A stretch of 24,712 nucleotides of DNA from Candidatus Omnitrophota bacterium. GTDB taxonomy: Bacteria; Ratteibacteria; UBA8468; MWAK01. Shown here one piece after another: positions 1 through 10,400 of the stretch. The notes below the pieces were generated by a model. It was not told the origin of the DNA, made no database searches, and was given only the letters and a program-made list of their open reading frames with translations. Each line of letters starts with the position of its first letter. The stretch's first letter is position 1. The position numbers and the translations under genes were made by a program. The stretch is taken from assembly GCA_043797665.1 (NCBI GenBank), contig JAZDPL010000066.1:1-24712 (forward strand). The letters are read 5' to 3'.

Positions 1-2045
1 ACCGCGCCGTCACGCTCCTCTGCCTTTATTTTCATCCTGGCCGGTTCGGGTTCCATGGCCTCAACGGCAAAATAGATGTTGTCATTGTCATAGAGCATTT
101 TTGCAAAGGTCTGCGGCAAAGCTGCCGTCTTGCCGTCCGTCGCGATGAAGCCGGAGGTGAAGTCGGCTTTTTTCCAGTCCGGTTCCTCAAGCTTCCCGTC
201 CATGACGATTTTATCGATTTTTTTATTGGCATTAAGTTCCTTCTGCTGTTTGGACAAAAACTCCTTGTGAAGGGGCTGCCAGTATGCCTGAAAAAAATGC
301 CGGTCACGTTGTACCCTTTTCACCGCGGCCGGGTCGGCGGCCGCAGACTTTTCGGCCTCGTCCAGCATGGTGAGAAGCCCCGCCTCCACGCCCGGCTTTT
401 CCAGGCATTTGCCCATCACATATTCCGGAGTTCCATAGCAGATATGGCCCGAGGTTTCCATAAAAGCCCTGGTCAATAGCGCGCGGTATTGGCTCATGAC
501 CGGCCAGGCGGTTCCGTAATATTTGCTCCCCATGTCCTCGTAAATTGCCGCGTAATCAGCGTCGCTGTTCCAGAGCAACTGCGCGACGATGTAATACCAT
601 TGCCATTGTGTCAGCATTTCTTCCTGGTATCGCGGAGCTTGCCAAAGTGGACCGAACGTTCCATCGGGAGGCACGGTAAAGATGGTGATTCCGAGCAGTC
701 CGATCTTCTTGTAGTATCCGATGTCCTCGGCAAAGGTTTTCTCTGTGGGCGCATAGGCGGGAAAATCGCAATCGCCGCCAAGAAATTCCAGGGTGAAGAC
801 GGTGTTTTTCAATTTCCCCCATTGAGCAAGGATATCGCGATATTTATCATTAACTTGGCATGTGAGGTCCGCCATGGAGTGGCGGTAGCAACGGCCGTGC
901 AGGCAAACCTGAACAAAAAGCCGCGGATCGGGCACGACTCCGGTCGGCGGATATTGAAAATTCTGGTATCCCCATGCCCCGAGATCGGCATCAGGGTGGG
1001 TTTTATAGACCTCCGCGGCGATTTGATTAACCAGCGTCCAGTATCTCGTGCTGACGAACCCTTTTTTCTTCTCATCCAGCGGGTCCAATTTAACGCAGTT
1101 CTCGCACTGGCACCAGGCATCGGAGTCATTGTTGCCGATGAGATATCTTCCCCCTTTGGGCGCCGTATCGAAATACTTGTTTATGCCCTCGGCCATGATT
1201 TTCGCGACATCCGGATTCGAAGTACAGGGCTGCCGGCGCGCGCCCCGTCCATCGCCAAGATCCTGAGGTATGCGCTTGCCGTCGAAAAGCCCGAAATATT
1301 CGGGATGCTGGGCAAAGAGAGTGTCGTTGAGCAGATAGGCGAAACAGTGGCCTCCGTCACGGCCGATCGTCACTCCGCGTTTTTCCACCTCGTCACGCAA
1401 ACTCGCGTCCAGATTGTAGTAATGCTTGCCAAACGCGACGGTCATGCCGTTGCGCACCATCCAATCCCAACTGTCTATGGTTTTTGAATTCCAGTTGGAG
1501 CAGACGAAACCCAATATACGGACCCTGAACGACGGGTTGCTGACCAAGACCTGTTCCGGCACGATGACAGTCGGTTTTTTCGGGCAATATTCGTAGTCCG
1601 CCCCCGGCGCAAACCACCTGATATCCGCGTATTTTTTCAGAATATCGTAAACTCCGTAAAGCACGCCCACCGGTTTCATGCTTATCACACGCAGACCGTC
1701 TTTGTCGGCCGCCAGTACGAACCCGTCGCCTTTCAACTGGGAAACTGCCTCGTCGCCGGCGCGTGAGCGGGGCATGTTCTTGGCTTCAGTTGTTTCAAGA
1801 TAGATATTCCAGAGATTTTTCGAAGGTGCTATTCCTATTTCCGGCGCTGCTCCGGTCACTTTGCCGAGAAAACCCGCCAGCTCGTTGGCCGCATGTTTTT
1901 CCACCGGGCCGGCATTGTCCGGCAGAACTATGTAACTTGTCGCCCTCCCCTCTTTCACCAGAGTGCCGCTTTCCGCACACGTCCAGAACGCAATCACCGC
2001 CAGCATTGCGGCGGCCATAATTCTCGCTGCTTCTTTTCCGATCAT
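1..2045 (-). CDS. Secreted DUF4838-family protein (putative glycoside hydrolase) with C-terminal CBM9/DOMON-like domain; 3'-truncated by window edge
   Basis: Not in the ORF track; translated by hand. ATG at 2045 overlaps the upstream TGA (ATGA) and has an AAGGAGGTG SD. The frame is open to the window edge (about 681 codons). N-terminus [26 protein letters not shown] is signal-peptide-like. Family-type motifs: AANELAGFLGKVTG, GVLYGVYDILKKYADIRWFAPG, HPEYFGL, QPCTSNP, WCQCENC, QLLWN. A CBM9-like segment follows: IVMDGKLEEPDW...MLYDNDNIYFAVEA...RDGA. Confidence 0.85.
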   Translation of the reverse strand, partial: MIGKEAARIMAAAMLAVIAFWTCAESGTLVKEGRATSYIVLPDNAGPVEKHAANELAGFLGKVTGAAPEIGIAPSKNLWNIYLETTEAKNMPRSRAGDEAVSQLKGDGFVLAADKDGLRVISMKPVGVLYGVYDILKKYADIRWFAPGADYEYCPKKPTVIVPEQVLVSNPSFRVRILGFVCSNWNSKTIDSWDWMVRNGMTVAFGKHYYNLDASLRDEVEKRGVTIGRDGGHCFAYLLNDTLFAQHPEYFGLFDGKRIPQDLGDGRGARRQPCTSNPDVAKIMAEGINKYFDTAPKGGRYLIGNNDSDAWCQCENCVKLDPLDEKKKGFVSTRYWTLVNQIAAEVYKTHPDADLGAWGYQNFQYPPTGVVPDPRLFVQVCLHGRCYRHSMADLTCQVNDKYRDILAQWGKLKNTVFTLEFLGGDCDFPAYAPTEKTFAEDIGYYKKIGLLGITIFTVPPDGTFGPLWQAPRYQEEMLTQWQWYYIVAQLLWNSDADYAAIYEDMGSKYYGTAWPVMSQYRALLTRAFMETSGHICYGTPEYVMGKCLEKPGVEAGLLTMLDEAEKSAAADPAAVKRVQRDRHFFQAYWQPLHKEFLSKQQKELNANKKIDKIVMDGKLEEPDWKKADFTSGFIATDGKTAALPQTFAKMLYDNDNIYFAVEAMEPEPARMKIKAEERDGA

Positions 2046-5000
2046 ACTGCCACCTCCTTGAAAGTGAACAGAACCGCTTCGTATTTCTTTAGAAACAGGC
2101 GCACGACGATGTGGCCTGACTCCCGCCGGGCCACGGAATAGTCCCCGTCGCAGATTATGTCGCGGGACTCAATCCCCGGCCGCCTTATGTTCAACAGGAC
2201 CGGGCGCGGATACCGGTTGACATCCGAGTATACGGGCGAATCATCCTCCACCACGATTATGAGATCGCCCCTTTCGTCATGGAAGGCGATGACCTTGGCG
2301 CCCGGTGTGCTGATGCCGGGCTTGCTTAAACTCCTTATCAGATAGCGGGCTGATTCCTTGATGATGGCGCTCACGCATTCCTGTCCGTAGCCGACTCTCT
2401 CGACAAAGGAATCCCGGTTGACCACCGTCGGCGGAAGATTGAAGAACGCGGTCTTGCCCCAGGACGTTTCCTTCGTCACCAGCACCGGAATGGACATCTC
2501 GCTATCCGTCGTTGCCGACCCGGAAAGAATACAGGCGGACCCGTCGCTTTCATACCAGGATTGGCATAACGCATGTTCGACGCATTCAACGGCCGGACCG
2601 CCGATACGGGAAGCATATTCGGGAGCCCAACCGATTTTTCGAATGGGTACGGCTTCTTCACGAAGCCCGACGCCAAACAGGTCTTCCAGACCGGGAACGG
2701 TTTCGAACCCGAGCAGGTTCACCCCTTGCCGATGCAGTGCGCGGATGGTTTCGAGGTGTTCTCTCTTCATCCCTTTGGGCAGGGGCGGAATGACCAAAAG
2801 ATCTGTGGTCTCCGGACTCAAAGATTTCAGATCATTCAAGGACGTCGCAAAACCGCCGGGGAGGCCGGCATCCCGCACGGCATTGTAGGAATAGGCCAGG
2901 GCTTCCTCGGCGGTATTGAACACGTCTTTCCATGGAGTGTGTGCGTTGCAGTTCTTCTCATAGTAATCCGGATGTTCCGCGATCAAGTTCAGATCGTGGA
3001 GAAAACAAGTTGTTTTCACCGGCCGGACGGGTTTATGTTTCAGCACGTTTCCCCAGGCGTTTACCAATTCTGCAAAACCCTCTCTCTTGTGGCGGGCGTT
3101 GAAATGGAAGCCGTAATCGTTCCAGAAATGGAATCTCTTCTCTTTGAACCAGACGACGGCAAATGCATATTCATAGATCCGGCTCTCTATGGTGCCGGCC
3201 GGCAGATCATACAGGCCGTACGGCGGGTGCGCTTGAGAAACCGCCCCGTCATTGCACCCATCCCAGAGAGAAGCGTAGATTTCCGGGAATAATCTCCAAC
3301 TGCCGTAATGAAGCTTCAGGGTCATCAGCGGGAACATCGCCCTGGTGTTGGAGTAAGCGCAGGAATAAGGATAATCCTCAAATTGCCAGAACCCGTCGCA
3401 ATACTTCTCCGTACCGCCCCGCTTACTGTGCCCGAAATAGCTCATGAAATAGGCGGACTTGTTGTGGGAGGCGTACAGGGGGAACGGTCCGCCCGCAGCT
3501 CTTCCCACCCGGCGGTTGATCTTCTTCAGCTTATCACGCTGTATCTTGAAAACCTCCGCCAGCCGGAGGGAAAAATACTCCAGCCATTCTTTCCAGCAAT
3601 GCTCCACCAGTTCCTTGAGCGCTTCTTCGGGAAGATATTTTTTCTCTGTCTTGATCTTCTCAACCAATGCCGGGGAAAGAACCTTCAGTCGCTCTCTTTT
3701 CTCCGGATTGAGTCGCAAAAAATCAGTGAGTATGTCCAGGACTTCGTTCCGGTAGGTGTCGAACTTCCACAAGTCATAACGCTGCGTTTCCGTGCCGTCA
3801 AAAGGAATCTGCAGGAAATCGCAGTGTTTGATTATATCGGCATTCTTTTCGATTGACAGGTCGCCACCCGTGGTGCGTTCGGTAATCGAGAGAAACCATT
3901 TTCGGTTGTAGACCTTGGTCAATTTCCAAATCTGTTTGTTTCTGGCATAATCAGGAAAGAAATAGCACATACTGTAATAGTGCCCGAAACCTGCCGTTTC
4001 GCGTAATGGATCAAACGCATCCGTTTGAAGATATTTCGTTTCCGTGGTGTCGGAAAAAAGCAGAGGAAGCCCTGAAGCGATCGGCGGGGGAACCGCACCC
4101 GGAAGTTCGGACATGACTTCAAACAGGACCATGTCGTCATAGAACAGCTGATTTCCTGCGAGAAGCTTGATCGCGAGATGATACACGCCGGTGCCGAGCG
4201 TGCCGTCCATTTCGGCGTTCCATCGCAGGCAGGTTATGCCCAGTTTTTCCTTCAATGGACTCTCCGGCATCTTCTCTTTTTCCATGGCGGACAACCGGAT
4301 CTCCTTGCCCACGCTGTCGCCGTATACGCTTTGGATTCGCGCCGACAGTTTAAATTCTTCAGGAAAAAACAGGTCCGCCTGGCAGTGAATGTTAATGGAG
4401 AACCGGATCTTCTCCTTTTCGAAAAAATAGTGGTTCCGGCGGGCATGCGACAGTGCCCTTTCCCGATCAGGTATGCCTTCCGGTATCCGAGAACACAGGA
4501 GTTTGTCTTCCGGGGACTGTACGGAAAGCGCGATGCTTCCCCGGCGCAAGGATGAACCCTGATACAACACGCGGCCCCGGCTGTCGCATACCACCTCAAA
4601 CGGGCCTCCGCCCAGCAACTGTTTAGGGTCGCTTTCAAAATACTCGTATCCGACCGCGAATACAATATCGCGAGGATTCGGCAGGGCATCGAAACATACC
4701 GTTTTCTCCAATGGCCAGGGAATGTCCTCGTAGAGATCCGGTATCCAGGGCCGCTTCTCCTCCCGGTCCAGCAAGGTCAGCGCGCCGCGGCGCAGTATTA
4801 TGTTCCGGCATTCTCCCGCCAGGGAATCCAGGCGGACATAAGGATTAGTCATCCGGTCCATTTCATGACACCATTGACCGCCGCACCTGCCCCGATCCGG
4901 TCGTTCCTTAATCCCGCCCGACAGCTTTATGTTTAGTTCATAATGACCGCTCTTCTCATAGCGCATCATATTCAGTGTGTAGGTATAGGGGACACTCATT

Positions 5001-5632
5001 CCATGCACACAGGGAATTCGACACGTCAGCGGTGCAATGACTCTTGATTTCTTGAGTTTATCCGTTGAAACTATTTGGAATTTCTTGATGATCAACTCTC
5101 CCCGATAATCCGTTTTGTCCAATCCGATGGATCCGGACACCTGGAAAAGCCGTCCTGCGTCGGCAATTTCGACTCCGGTGTCGTTCAACGCGAATACAAT
5201 TTTGTCTTCCTCGACCTCCATTGAAACCTCAAAAGCCGAATGGTCGAATCGGGCGGGCGCCGGCGTCTCAATTCGCTTGACGACATTCTGATTCCGGTTC
5301 CTGACGGAAAGTAGGTCCAGGCCGAGTTTATTGTTTGAGACCGAACATCTCAACGCATATCCGGTCCTGCACATGCGATCATAGCGGAAGAATATCGCGA
5401 ATCCGAATTCATTGTTCCGCGCCGGACTGACTCCCAGCGCAAGTTTCACCCGGTAATTTTTCAGGGGCGGCGTATGGGCGAAATGTTTGTTACCGCAGAC
5501 CAGGATATGGTACTTATTCTCTTTGACCGCGGAATGAAGATGGTCGAGATCGGAGTTTTGTTCAATCAGGATGTTATAAGATTTCCCGCGTTCATCATAG
5601 AACGAGAAATCAGCATCAAAACGGTAGTTCAT
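2042..5632 (-). CDS. Large hypothetical protein (1196 aa), possibly an uncharacterised carbohydrate-active enzyme
   Basis: Long ORF with ATGA overlaps at both ends, so translationally coupled in the operon. No signal peptide. The C-terminal part (DLLVIPPLP...[15 protein letters not shown]...LEDLFGV...WGKTAFFN) resembles a class-I-GATase-like / beta-galactosidase trimerisation domain. Function is inferred only. Confidence 0.7.
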   Translation of the reverse strand: MNYRFDADFSFYDERGKSYNILIEQNSDLDHLHSAVKENKYHILVCGNKHFAHTPPLKNYRVKLALGVSPARNNEFGFAIFFRYDRMCRTGYALRCSVSNNKLGLDLLSVRNRNQNVVKRIETPAPARFDHSAFEVSMEVEEDKIVFALNDTGVEIADAGRLFQVSGSIGLDKTDYRGELIIKKFQIVSTDKLKKSRVIAPLTCRIPCVHGMSVPYTYTLNMMRYEKSGHYELNIKLSGGIKERPDRGRCGGQWCHEMDRMTNPYVRLDSLAGECRNIILRRGALTLLDREEKRPWIPDLYEDIPWPLEKTVCFDALPNPRDIVFAVGYEYFESDPKQLLGGGPFEVVCDSRGRVLYQGSSLRRGSIALSVQSPEDKLLCSRIPEGIPDRERALSHARRNHYFFEKEKIRFSINIHCQADLFFPEEFKLSARIQSVYGDSVGKEIRLSAMEKEKMPESPLKEKLGITCLRWNAEMDGTLGTGVYHLAIKLLAGNQLFYDDMVLFEVMSELPGAVPPPIASGLPLLFSDTTETKYLQTDAFDPLRETAGFGHYYSMCYFFPDYARNKQIWKLTKVYNRKWFLSITERTTGGDLSIEKNADIIKHCDFLQIPFDGTETQRYDLWKFDTYRNEVLDILTDFLRLNPEKRERLKVLSPALVEKIKTEKKYLPEEALKELVEHCWKEWLEYFSLRLAEVFKIQRDKLKKINRRVGRAAGGPFPLYASHNKSAYFMSYFGHSKRGGTEKYCDGFWQFEDYPYSCAYSNTRAMFPLMTLKLHYGSWRLFPEIYASLWDGCNDGAVSQAHPPYGLYDLPAGTIESRIYEYAFAVVWFKEKRFHFWNDYGFHFNARHKREGFAELVNAWGNVLKHKPVRPVKTTCFLHDLNLIAEHPDYYEKNCNAHTPWKDVFNTAEEALAYSYNAVRDAGLPGGFATSLNDLKSLSPETTDLLVIPPLPKGMKREHLETIRALHRQGVNLLGFETVPGLEDLFGVGLREEAVPIRKIGWAPEYASRIGGPAVECVEHALCQSWYESDGSACILSGSATTDSEMSIPVLVTKETSWGKTAFFNLPPTVVNRDSFVERVGYGQECVSAIIKESARYLIRSLSKPGISTPGAKVIAFHDERGDLIIVVEDDSPVYSDVNRYPRPVLLNIRRPGIESRDIICDGDYSVARRESGHIVVRLFLKKYEAVLFTFKEVAV

Positions 5633-6381
5633 TGTAAAGTACCGGACCCATCGTACCAGCCAGTATCCCCGCAGATATTCGGCAGGTTCCCTGGGCCGCA
5701 GCTCTGCACATGCCCGTCCGCGTAAAGTATATTGGCTATGCCGTTATGCCGCGCACAAATCTTGTCTCCATAGCTATACCCGACGTTGGCATATGTCCAA
5801 CTATAGTTCCCATATCCATTCCCCGCCGTACCTGGACTGGAAATTGACCCCATACTATCAGCGATAAGCGCCAGATCACTCGCTCCCAATGTTGAGGGGA
5901 CGTAGATACTGTCGTTGAGGCTATAGCAACGTACCGGAGAACCTCCGCCTATTTGCCAGGAATTATATTGGTTAGCATTGCATCGGAATCCATACGTATA
6001 GTTGACATAATTACTGACAGCAAAATTTTTCGGTTTGCCGCTGGGGCAGAACAGAATGATGCCTCTGTTCGAGGTCGTACCGATACTGGGGGCGGGAAGA
6101 TAGGAGTCGTTGTTGGTCAGGCGCTGATGCCATCTCGACGTGCCATCCCACGAATACGGCGTCCAGCCGTCGTTATCATCCGCATATAGCATTAAAGCTA
6201 TCCCTATTTGCTTCAAGTTGTTCATGCAGTTAGCCTGTCGCGCTTTTTCCCGCGCTTGAGACAAGGCTGGTAACAACATCGCGGCTAAAAGCGCGATGAT
6301 GGCGATGACCACTAAAAGTTCTATTAAAGTAAAACTGAACCGAGACTTAATTTTCCTCATTGTTTTCCTTATTCTTCCCAT
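5629..6381 (-). CDS. Prepilin-type N-terminal cleavage/methylation protein, DUF1559 family with H-X9-DG motif
   Basis: Basic leader, then [33 protein letters not shown]...CMNNLKQIG, a central FCPS, and C-terminal [15 protein letters not shown] (H-X9-DG). G-rich SD (AAAGGGGG) upstream. Confidence 0.92.
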   Translation of the reverse strand: MGRIRKTMRKIKSRFSFTLIELLVVIAIIALLAAMLLPALSQAREKARQANCMNNLKQIGIALMLYADDNDGWTPYSWDGTSRWHQRLTNNDSYLPAPSIGTTSNRGIILFCPSGKPKNFAVSNYVNYTYGFRCNANQYNSWQIGGGSPVRCYSLNDSIYVPSTLGASDLALIADSMGSISSPGTAGNGYGNYSWTYANVGYSYGDKICARHNGIANILYADGHVQSCGPGNLPNICGDTGWYDGSGTLQ

Positions 6382-6422
6382 TGTTTTAGCCCCCTTTCGT
6401 TTTACCCCACCTATTTTGCAGC

Positions 6423-7361
6423 CTAAAGGATTCCTTCCTCAATACACCATTTCAGGGCAATTTCCAGGCCTTTTTCAATCGTACATTCTGGAGAATAACC
6501 CAGATAACTAACTACCTTGGAAATATCAAAACACATATGCTCCACCAAAAATCTGAGTCCTCCTGGAGAGACTTCAGGCCGCCGGGAAAGAATCTCCTGG
6601 ATTGTGAAATATTCCACCGGCGATGAACTTTTAAGAACTTCTTTAGCCACTTCAAGATAACGATTTAAGGTTACCGATTTCCGGCAGGAAATAATAAAAA
6701 TTTCACCGTTTATCTCCTTCCCTTTTGGTATACCTTTAACGAAAGCGGTGGCTAAATCGTCATTACATCCTGATTGGACTAAAGTAGTGCCATCGCCAGG
6801 AACCTCAACCGGTTTCCCTTCTTTCAGAAACTGGAAGTATCTTATGTTTCTACCGCCCCAGAGTTCCAGGGGAACCCTTCCGGCGCCGATTATGTTGGTG
6901 GGACGAAAAATGGTAACCGGAAAACCATCTTCCTGGTACAATTTTAAAGCAAACAGATCTCTTTCACACTGCGGATAAAAATTTACCGCGGTCTTTTCTC
7001 TCCAGGGATGGTCTTCGTCGGCAGGGAGATAGCGGAGCGGAACAAAGGTTCCGGTCGAACTGCACATAAAATAATGTTCTATCTTACCGTTGAAATATCG
7101 GTGTGCCAATTTAACGTCCTCCATTCCTGGAACCGTATCAATTACCACATCAAAATTCCCTCCCGGTAAATCTTTCCAAAAATTTTCATTCCCTTTATCA
7201 CCATAAATAAACTCTACTCCATCCAGGTTTACTCTATGTCGTTTATTAACTCCCCGAGAGACCCCTACCACTTTATATCCCATTTCAACACAGCCTCTTG
7301 CTACCCGGCTTCCTATTTCACCCGTAGCACCCATTACCAGTATTTTTTGTCCCATAGGCAT
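6423..7361 (-). CDS. NAD-dependent epimerase/dehydratase (atypical/extended SDR)
   Basis: Rossmann motif [13 protein letters not shown], plus YFMCSSTG and [10 protein letters not shown]. True start is probably ATG 7361 or 7355 rather than the track's 7391. Confidence 0.85.
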   Translation of the reverse strand: MPMGQKILVMGATGEIGSRVARGCVEMGYKVVGVSRGVNKRHRVNLDGVEFIYGDKGNENFWKDLPGGNFDVVIDTVPGMEDVKLAHRYFNGKIEHYFMCSSTGTFVPLRYLPADEDHPWREKTAVNFYPQCERDLFALKLYQEDGFPVTIFRPTNIIGAGRVPLELWGGRNIRYFQFLKEGKPVEVPGDGTTLVQSGCNDDLATAFVKGIPKGKEINGEIFIISCRKSVTLNRYLEVAKEVLKSSSPVEYFTIQEILSRRPEVSPGGLRFLVEHMCFDISKVVSYLGYSPECTIEKGLEIALKWCIEEGIL

Positions 7362-7391
7362 CCCTTTACTTTCTTTTTGATAACAAATCAA

Positions 7392-8462
7392 TTAGGATTT
7401 AGCCGGTCCGGTGGAAGAACGAATAATCAGTTTTGGTTTCAGCCAGATCGTTTTTAGTTCACTCTTTGTCTCTTTCCCTCTCATTGACTTTTGTTCAATC
7501 AAGGTTAAAAGCATCTCTACCGCTTTCTTACTAATTTCTTCTCTGGGTTGGCGGATAGTAGTTAAGGAGATAGGTGAAAACGTGGCTGCCGGACTATCAT
7601 CAAACCCGATAACCGACAGCCCTTCTGGAACTTTAATCCCCAAATCCAAAGCAGCCTTGATAACACCCAAACCGATTTCGTCGTTACCGGCAAAGATGGC
7701 GGTTGGTTTTTTCGGTTGGGAAAGTACTTTTCTGGCTGTCTGATAACCGGCTATCACTAACTTTTCCAGAGGAACGACCTTGTTGGTACTCTTTTCCAGA
7801 ATAAAAATACCCTCTGACTTCAGTCCCGCCTCCTGAAATACTTCCCGAAAACCTCTCAACCGTTGTTCAATTGATGGATAATTAGTATCCGCTGCGATAA
7901 CATTCACACGTTTATGATTTAATTTCAGAAGGTACCGGGCGGCCATCTGTCCACCCCGGTAAAAATCAGTGGATACCGTTGGCAGGCTTCTCTTTTTAAA
8001 ATAGTTAACCGCAACCAAAGGGAAGGTTGTGGAAATGAGAGACTTAAGGTACGGTCCTTTAAAAGAAGGATGCCCAAGAATAATGATAATACCATCTACA
8101 TAACGGTCAACAAAATCAGACAGGAGCGCTTCTTCTTTGGATACGTCATTCTGGCTGTATCCGATAAATAGATGATAACCTTTTTGCCAGGCAAGATTTT
8201 CAATTAATTCCATATCAATTGCTCTGCTACTGAATATCATATGGGGCAGGATTAAACCAATGGTATTACTCTTCCTGGTCCTTAAGCTACGGGCAATAGG
8301 ATTAGGACGGTAGTTAAGTTCACGGGCTGTGGCTAAAACTCTTTGCTTGACTTTTAGACCGGCGAAACAACTGGTATCAGCACGCAGGATAGCGGCACAG
8401 GTAGAAAATGCGACACCGGTCTGCCGGCTTATTTCTTTAAGAGTACCTTGTTTTATCATCAT
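7392..8462 (-). CDS. LacI-family transcriptional regulator
   Basis: N-terminal HTH (TLKEISRQTGVAFST), hinge LNYRPNPIARSLR, sugar-binding domain motifs PTAIFAGNDEIG, VPEGLSVIGFDD and LTTIRQP. Start is probably ATG 8462 or 8459; the track's TTG 8504 lies inside the promoter. Confidence 0.93.
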   Translation of the reverse strand: MMIKQGTLKEISRQTGVAFSTCAAILRADTSCFAGLKVKQRVLATARELNYRPNPIARSLRTRKSNTIGLILPHMIFSSRAIDMELIENLAWQKGYHLFIGYSQNDVSKEEALLSDFVDRYVDGIIIILGHPSFKGPYLKSLISTTFPLVAVNYFKKRSLPTVSTDFYRGGQMAARYLLKLNHKRVNVIAADTNYPSIEQRLRGFREVFQEAGLKSEGIFILEKSTNKVVPLEKLVIAGYQTARKVLSQPKKPTAIFAGNDEIGLGVIKAALDLGIKVPEGLSVIGFDDSPAATFSPISLTTIRQPREEISKKAVEMLLTLIEQKSMRGKETKSELKTIWLKPKLIIRSSTGPAKS

Positions 8463-8481
8463 TCTATATATTACGATATAT

Positions 8482-8511
8482 GTTGTACCTTGAAAAGAGT
8501 ACAATTGTCAA
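8482..8511 (-). promoter_or_regulatory. Sigma70-like promoter for the LacI operon, overlapped by inverted repeat TTGTAC-N10-GTACAA (candidate operator)
   Basis: Minus strand reads TTGACA-N18-TACAAC. The palindrome arms are at 8483-8488 and 8499-8504. Confidence 0.55.
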
Positions 8512-8518
8512 GGGGATG

Positions 8519-8550
8519 TGGATTCCCGTTTACTACACACGGGAATAACA
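8519..8550. repeat. REP-like family A, solo hairpin
   Basis: TGGATTCCCGT-TTACTACAC-ACGGGAATAACA; same architecture as the copies at 12776, 13555 and 16017. Confidence 0.8.
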
Positions 8551-8562
8551 GACTAAAGGGGT

Positions 8563-8593
8563 CTGCCCCCCTGTTTACTACATACAGGGGCAG
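8563..8593. repeat. GC-rich hairpin sharing the family A TTACTACAT loop
   Basis: CTGCCCCCCTGT-TTACTACAT-ACAGGGGCAG, directly downstream of the fhs stop. Confidence 0.6.
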
Positions 8594-8616
8594 GCTCTGC
8601 GTGCTTTAGGCAAGGG

Positions 8617-10311
8617 TTAGAAGAGACCGACGACTGCGCCGTTCTTGTCGATGTCTATCTTGGTACCCGCCGGCTCGCTGGGAAGTCCCGGCATCGTCCG
8701 CATCTCACCGCACAAGGGATAGAGGAAGCCCGCACCGGCAGCTAAGCGGATGTCCCGGATGGGTAAGGTAAACCCGGTCGGTCTGCCCTTTAGTTTCGGG
8801 TCGTGGGAAAGGGAAAGATGGGTCTTGGCCATACACACCGGCAGGTTGGCGTAGCCTAATTCGGTATAGCGGGCAATCTTCTCTTCCGCCAGGGGACTGT
8901 ACTCAACCCGGGCCGCACCGTAAATTTTGGTGCCGACCGCCTCAATCTTCTCTTTGATAGATGCCTCAAGGGGATAGAGGAACTTGAAATCTTTTGGCTT
9001 TCCGGCCGCGGAGACGACCGCTTCCGCAAGTTCCCGTCCTCCCTCGCCACCCTTAGCCCAGACGTTACTTTCACAGGCAGCCTCAGCGCCGGCTTCCCGG
9101 GCAACCTTGTAGACCGCTTTGATTTCCGAGTCAAAGTCGGTCGGGAACCGGTTAATCGCCACTACGATCGGTACACCGTAGAGTTTAACGTTCTCAATGT
9201 GTTTGGCTAAATTGGCCGCACCCTCAATAACCGTATCCGGGTCTTCCTTAAGGAGTTTCTCCGATAAAGGCCTGCCCGGCACAATCTTGAACTTACCGCT
9301 GTGCATCTTCAGGGCGCGCACCGAACCGACGATTACCACCGCGTCCGGCTTCAGTCCGCTGACCCGGCATTTGATATCAAAGAATTTCTCCGCACCGCAG
9401 TCGGCACCAAAACCGCTTTCGGTTACCACGTACTCTGCCATCCGTACGCCGATGAGGTCCGCAATAACCGAACTATTGCCGTGAGCGATGTTGGCAAAAG
9501 GACCCGCGTGGACAAAACAGGGGGTATGCTCCAGGGTCTGCATCAAAGTCGGCTTAATCGCGTCCTTCAGAAGAACCGCCATCGCACCGGCGGCCTTCAG
9601 GTCTTCGGCGGTTATTGCCTTGCCGTTCCGGTCAGTGGCAACCACGATTTTGCCCAAACGTTTACGCAGGTCAAAAAGGTCGGTGGTCAAAGCCAGAATC
9701 GCCATCACCTCGGAAGCGACCGTGATGTCAAAAGAAGATTCTCTGGGAACGCCGTCTTCTTTACCACCTAAACCGATGACAATCTTACGTAAAGCCCGGT
9801 CACTGACATCCAGCACCCTGGGCCAGGTGATGGTATAAGGGTTGATATTGAGCGGGTTCTTCTGAAAGAGGGAATTGTCAATGAAGGCGGCCAGAAGGTT
9901 GTGTGCCAGGCCGACCGCGTGGACGTCACCGGTCAGGTGGAGGTTAAAGTCCTCCATCGGAATGACCTGGGAATAACCGCCGCCAGCCGCACCGCCCTTA
10001 ATACCGAAAACCGGACCCAAAGAAGGCTGGCGGATACAGGTAAGTACGTTCTTGCCGATTTTGGCTAAAGCCTGGGAGAGGCCGATGGTGGTTACGGTCT
10101 TGCCTTCACCCAACGGCGTGGGTGTAATGGCGGTGACGTCAATGTACTTTCCCGGCGGCCGGGACTTGACCCGGTCCATAACCTGCAGGTCAATCTTTGC
10201 CTTGTACTTCCCGTGAAATTCCAGTTCATCCGGTAAGAGACCAATCCTCTCGGCAATTTCAGCAACCGGCTTTATTTCTGCCCTCTGGGCAATCTCTAAA
10301 TCTGAAAGCAT
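8617..10311 (-). CDS. fhs: Formate--tetrahydrofolate ligase
   Basis: SDLEIAQ, TPTPLGEGKT, RQPSLGPVFGIKGGAAGGGYSQV, HAGPFANIAHG, TESGFGADCGAEKF, MRTMPGLP. Strong SD (AAGGAGGAG). Confidence 0.98.
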   Translation of the reverse strand: MLSDLEIAQRAEIKPVAEIAERIGLLPDELEFHGKYKAKIDLQVMDRVKSRPPGKYIDVTAITPTPLGEGKTVTTIGLSQALAKIGKNVLTCIRQPSLGPVFGIKGGAAGGGYSQVIPMEDFNLHLTGDVHAVGLAHNLLAAFIDNSLFQKNPLNINPYTITWPRVLDVSDRALRKIVIGLGGKEDGVPRESSFDITVASEVMAILALTTDLFDLRKRLGKIVVATDRNGKAITAEDLKAAGAMAVLLKDAIKPTLMQTLEHTPCFVHAGPFANIAHGNSSVIADLIGVRMAEYVVTESGFGADCGAEKFFDIKCRVSGLKPDAVVIVGSVRALKMHSGKFKIVPGRPLSEKLLKEDPDTVIEGAANLAKHIENVKLYGVPIVVAINRFPTDFDSEIKAVYKVAREAGAEAACESNVWAKGGEGGRELAEAVVSAAGKPKDFKFLYPLEASIKEKIEAVGTKIYGAARVEYSPLAEEKIARYTELGYANLPVCMAKTHLSLSHDPKLKGRPTGFTLPIRDIRLAAGAGFLYPLCGEMRTMPGLPSEPAGTKIDIDKNGAVVGLF

Positions 10312-10331
10312 CGTCTCCTCCTTTTCTTGTA

Positions 10332-10392
10332 TGTCATCCTGAGTGTAACGAAGGATCTAAAAAAGAGATTCTTCACTTTGTTCAGAATGACA
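10332..10392. repeat. REP-like family B doublet (TGTCATYCTGAG...GAAGRATCT / AGATYCTTC...TCAGRATGACA)
   Basis: TGTCATCCTGAGTGTAACGAAGGATCT-aaaaaag-AGATTCTTCACTTTGTTCAGAATGACA; related copies at 11707, 16831 and 24464. Confidence 0.88.
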
Positions 10393-10400
10393 AGGCGGTT

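Noticed and set aside
489..1487. 332-aa plus-strand ORF (and other plus-strand ORFs across 267-5725)
   Set aside because: Antisense shadows of the real minus-strand genes; no recognisable motifs or SD.
32..1980. Short minus-strand ORFs suggesting a fragmented pseudogene or recoded stops
   Set aside because: They are off-frame. A single uninterrupted frame from 2045 to the window edge exists and was omitted only because it has no stop in the window.
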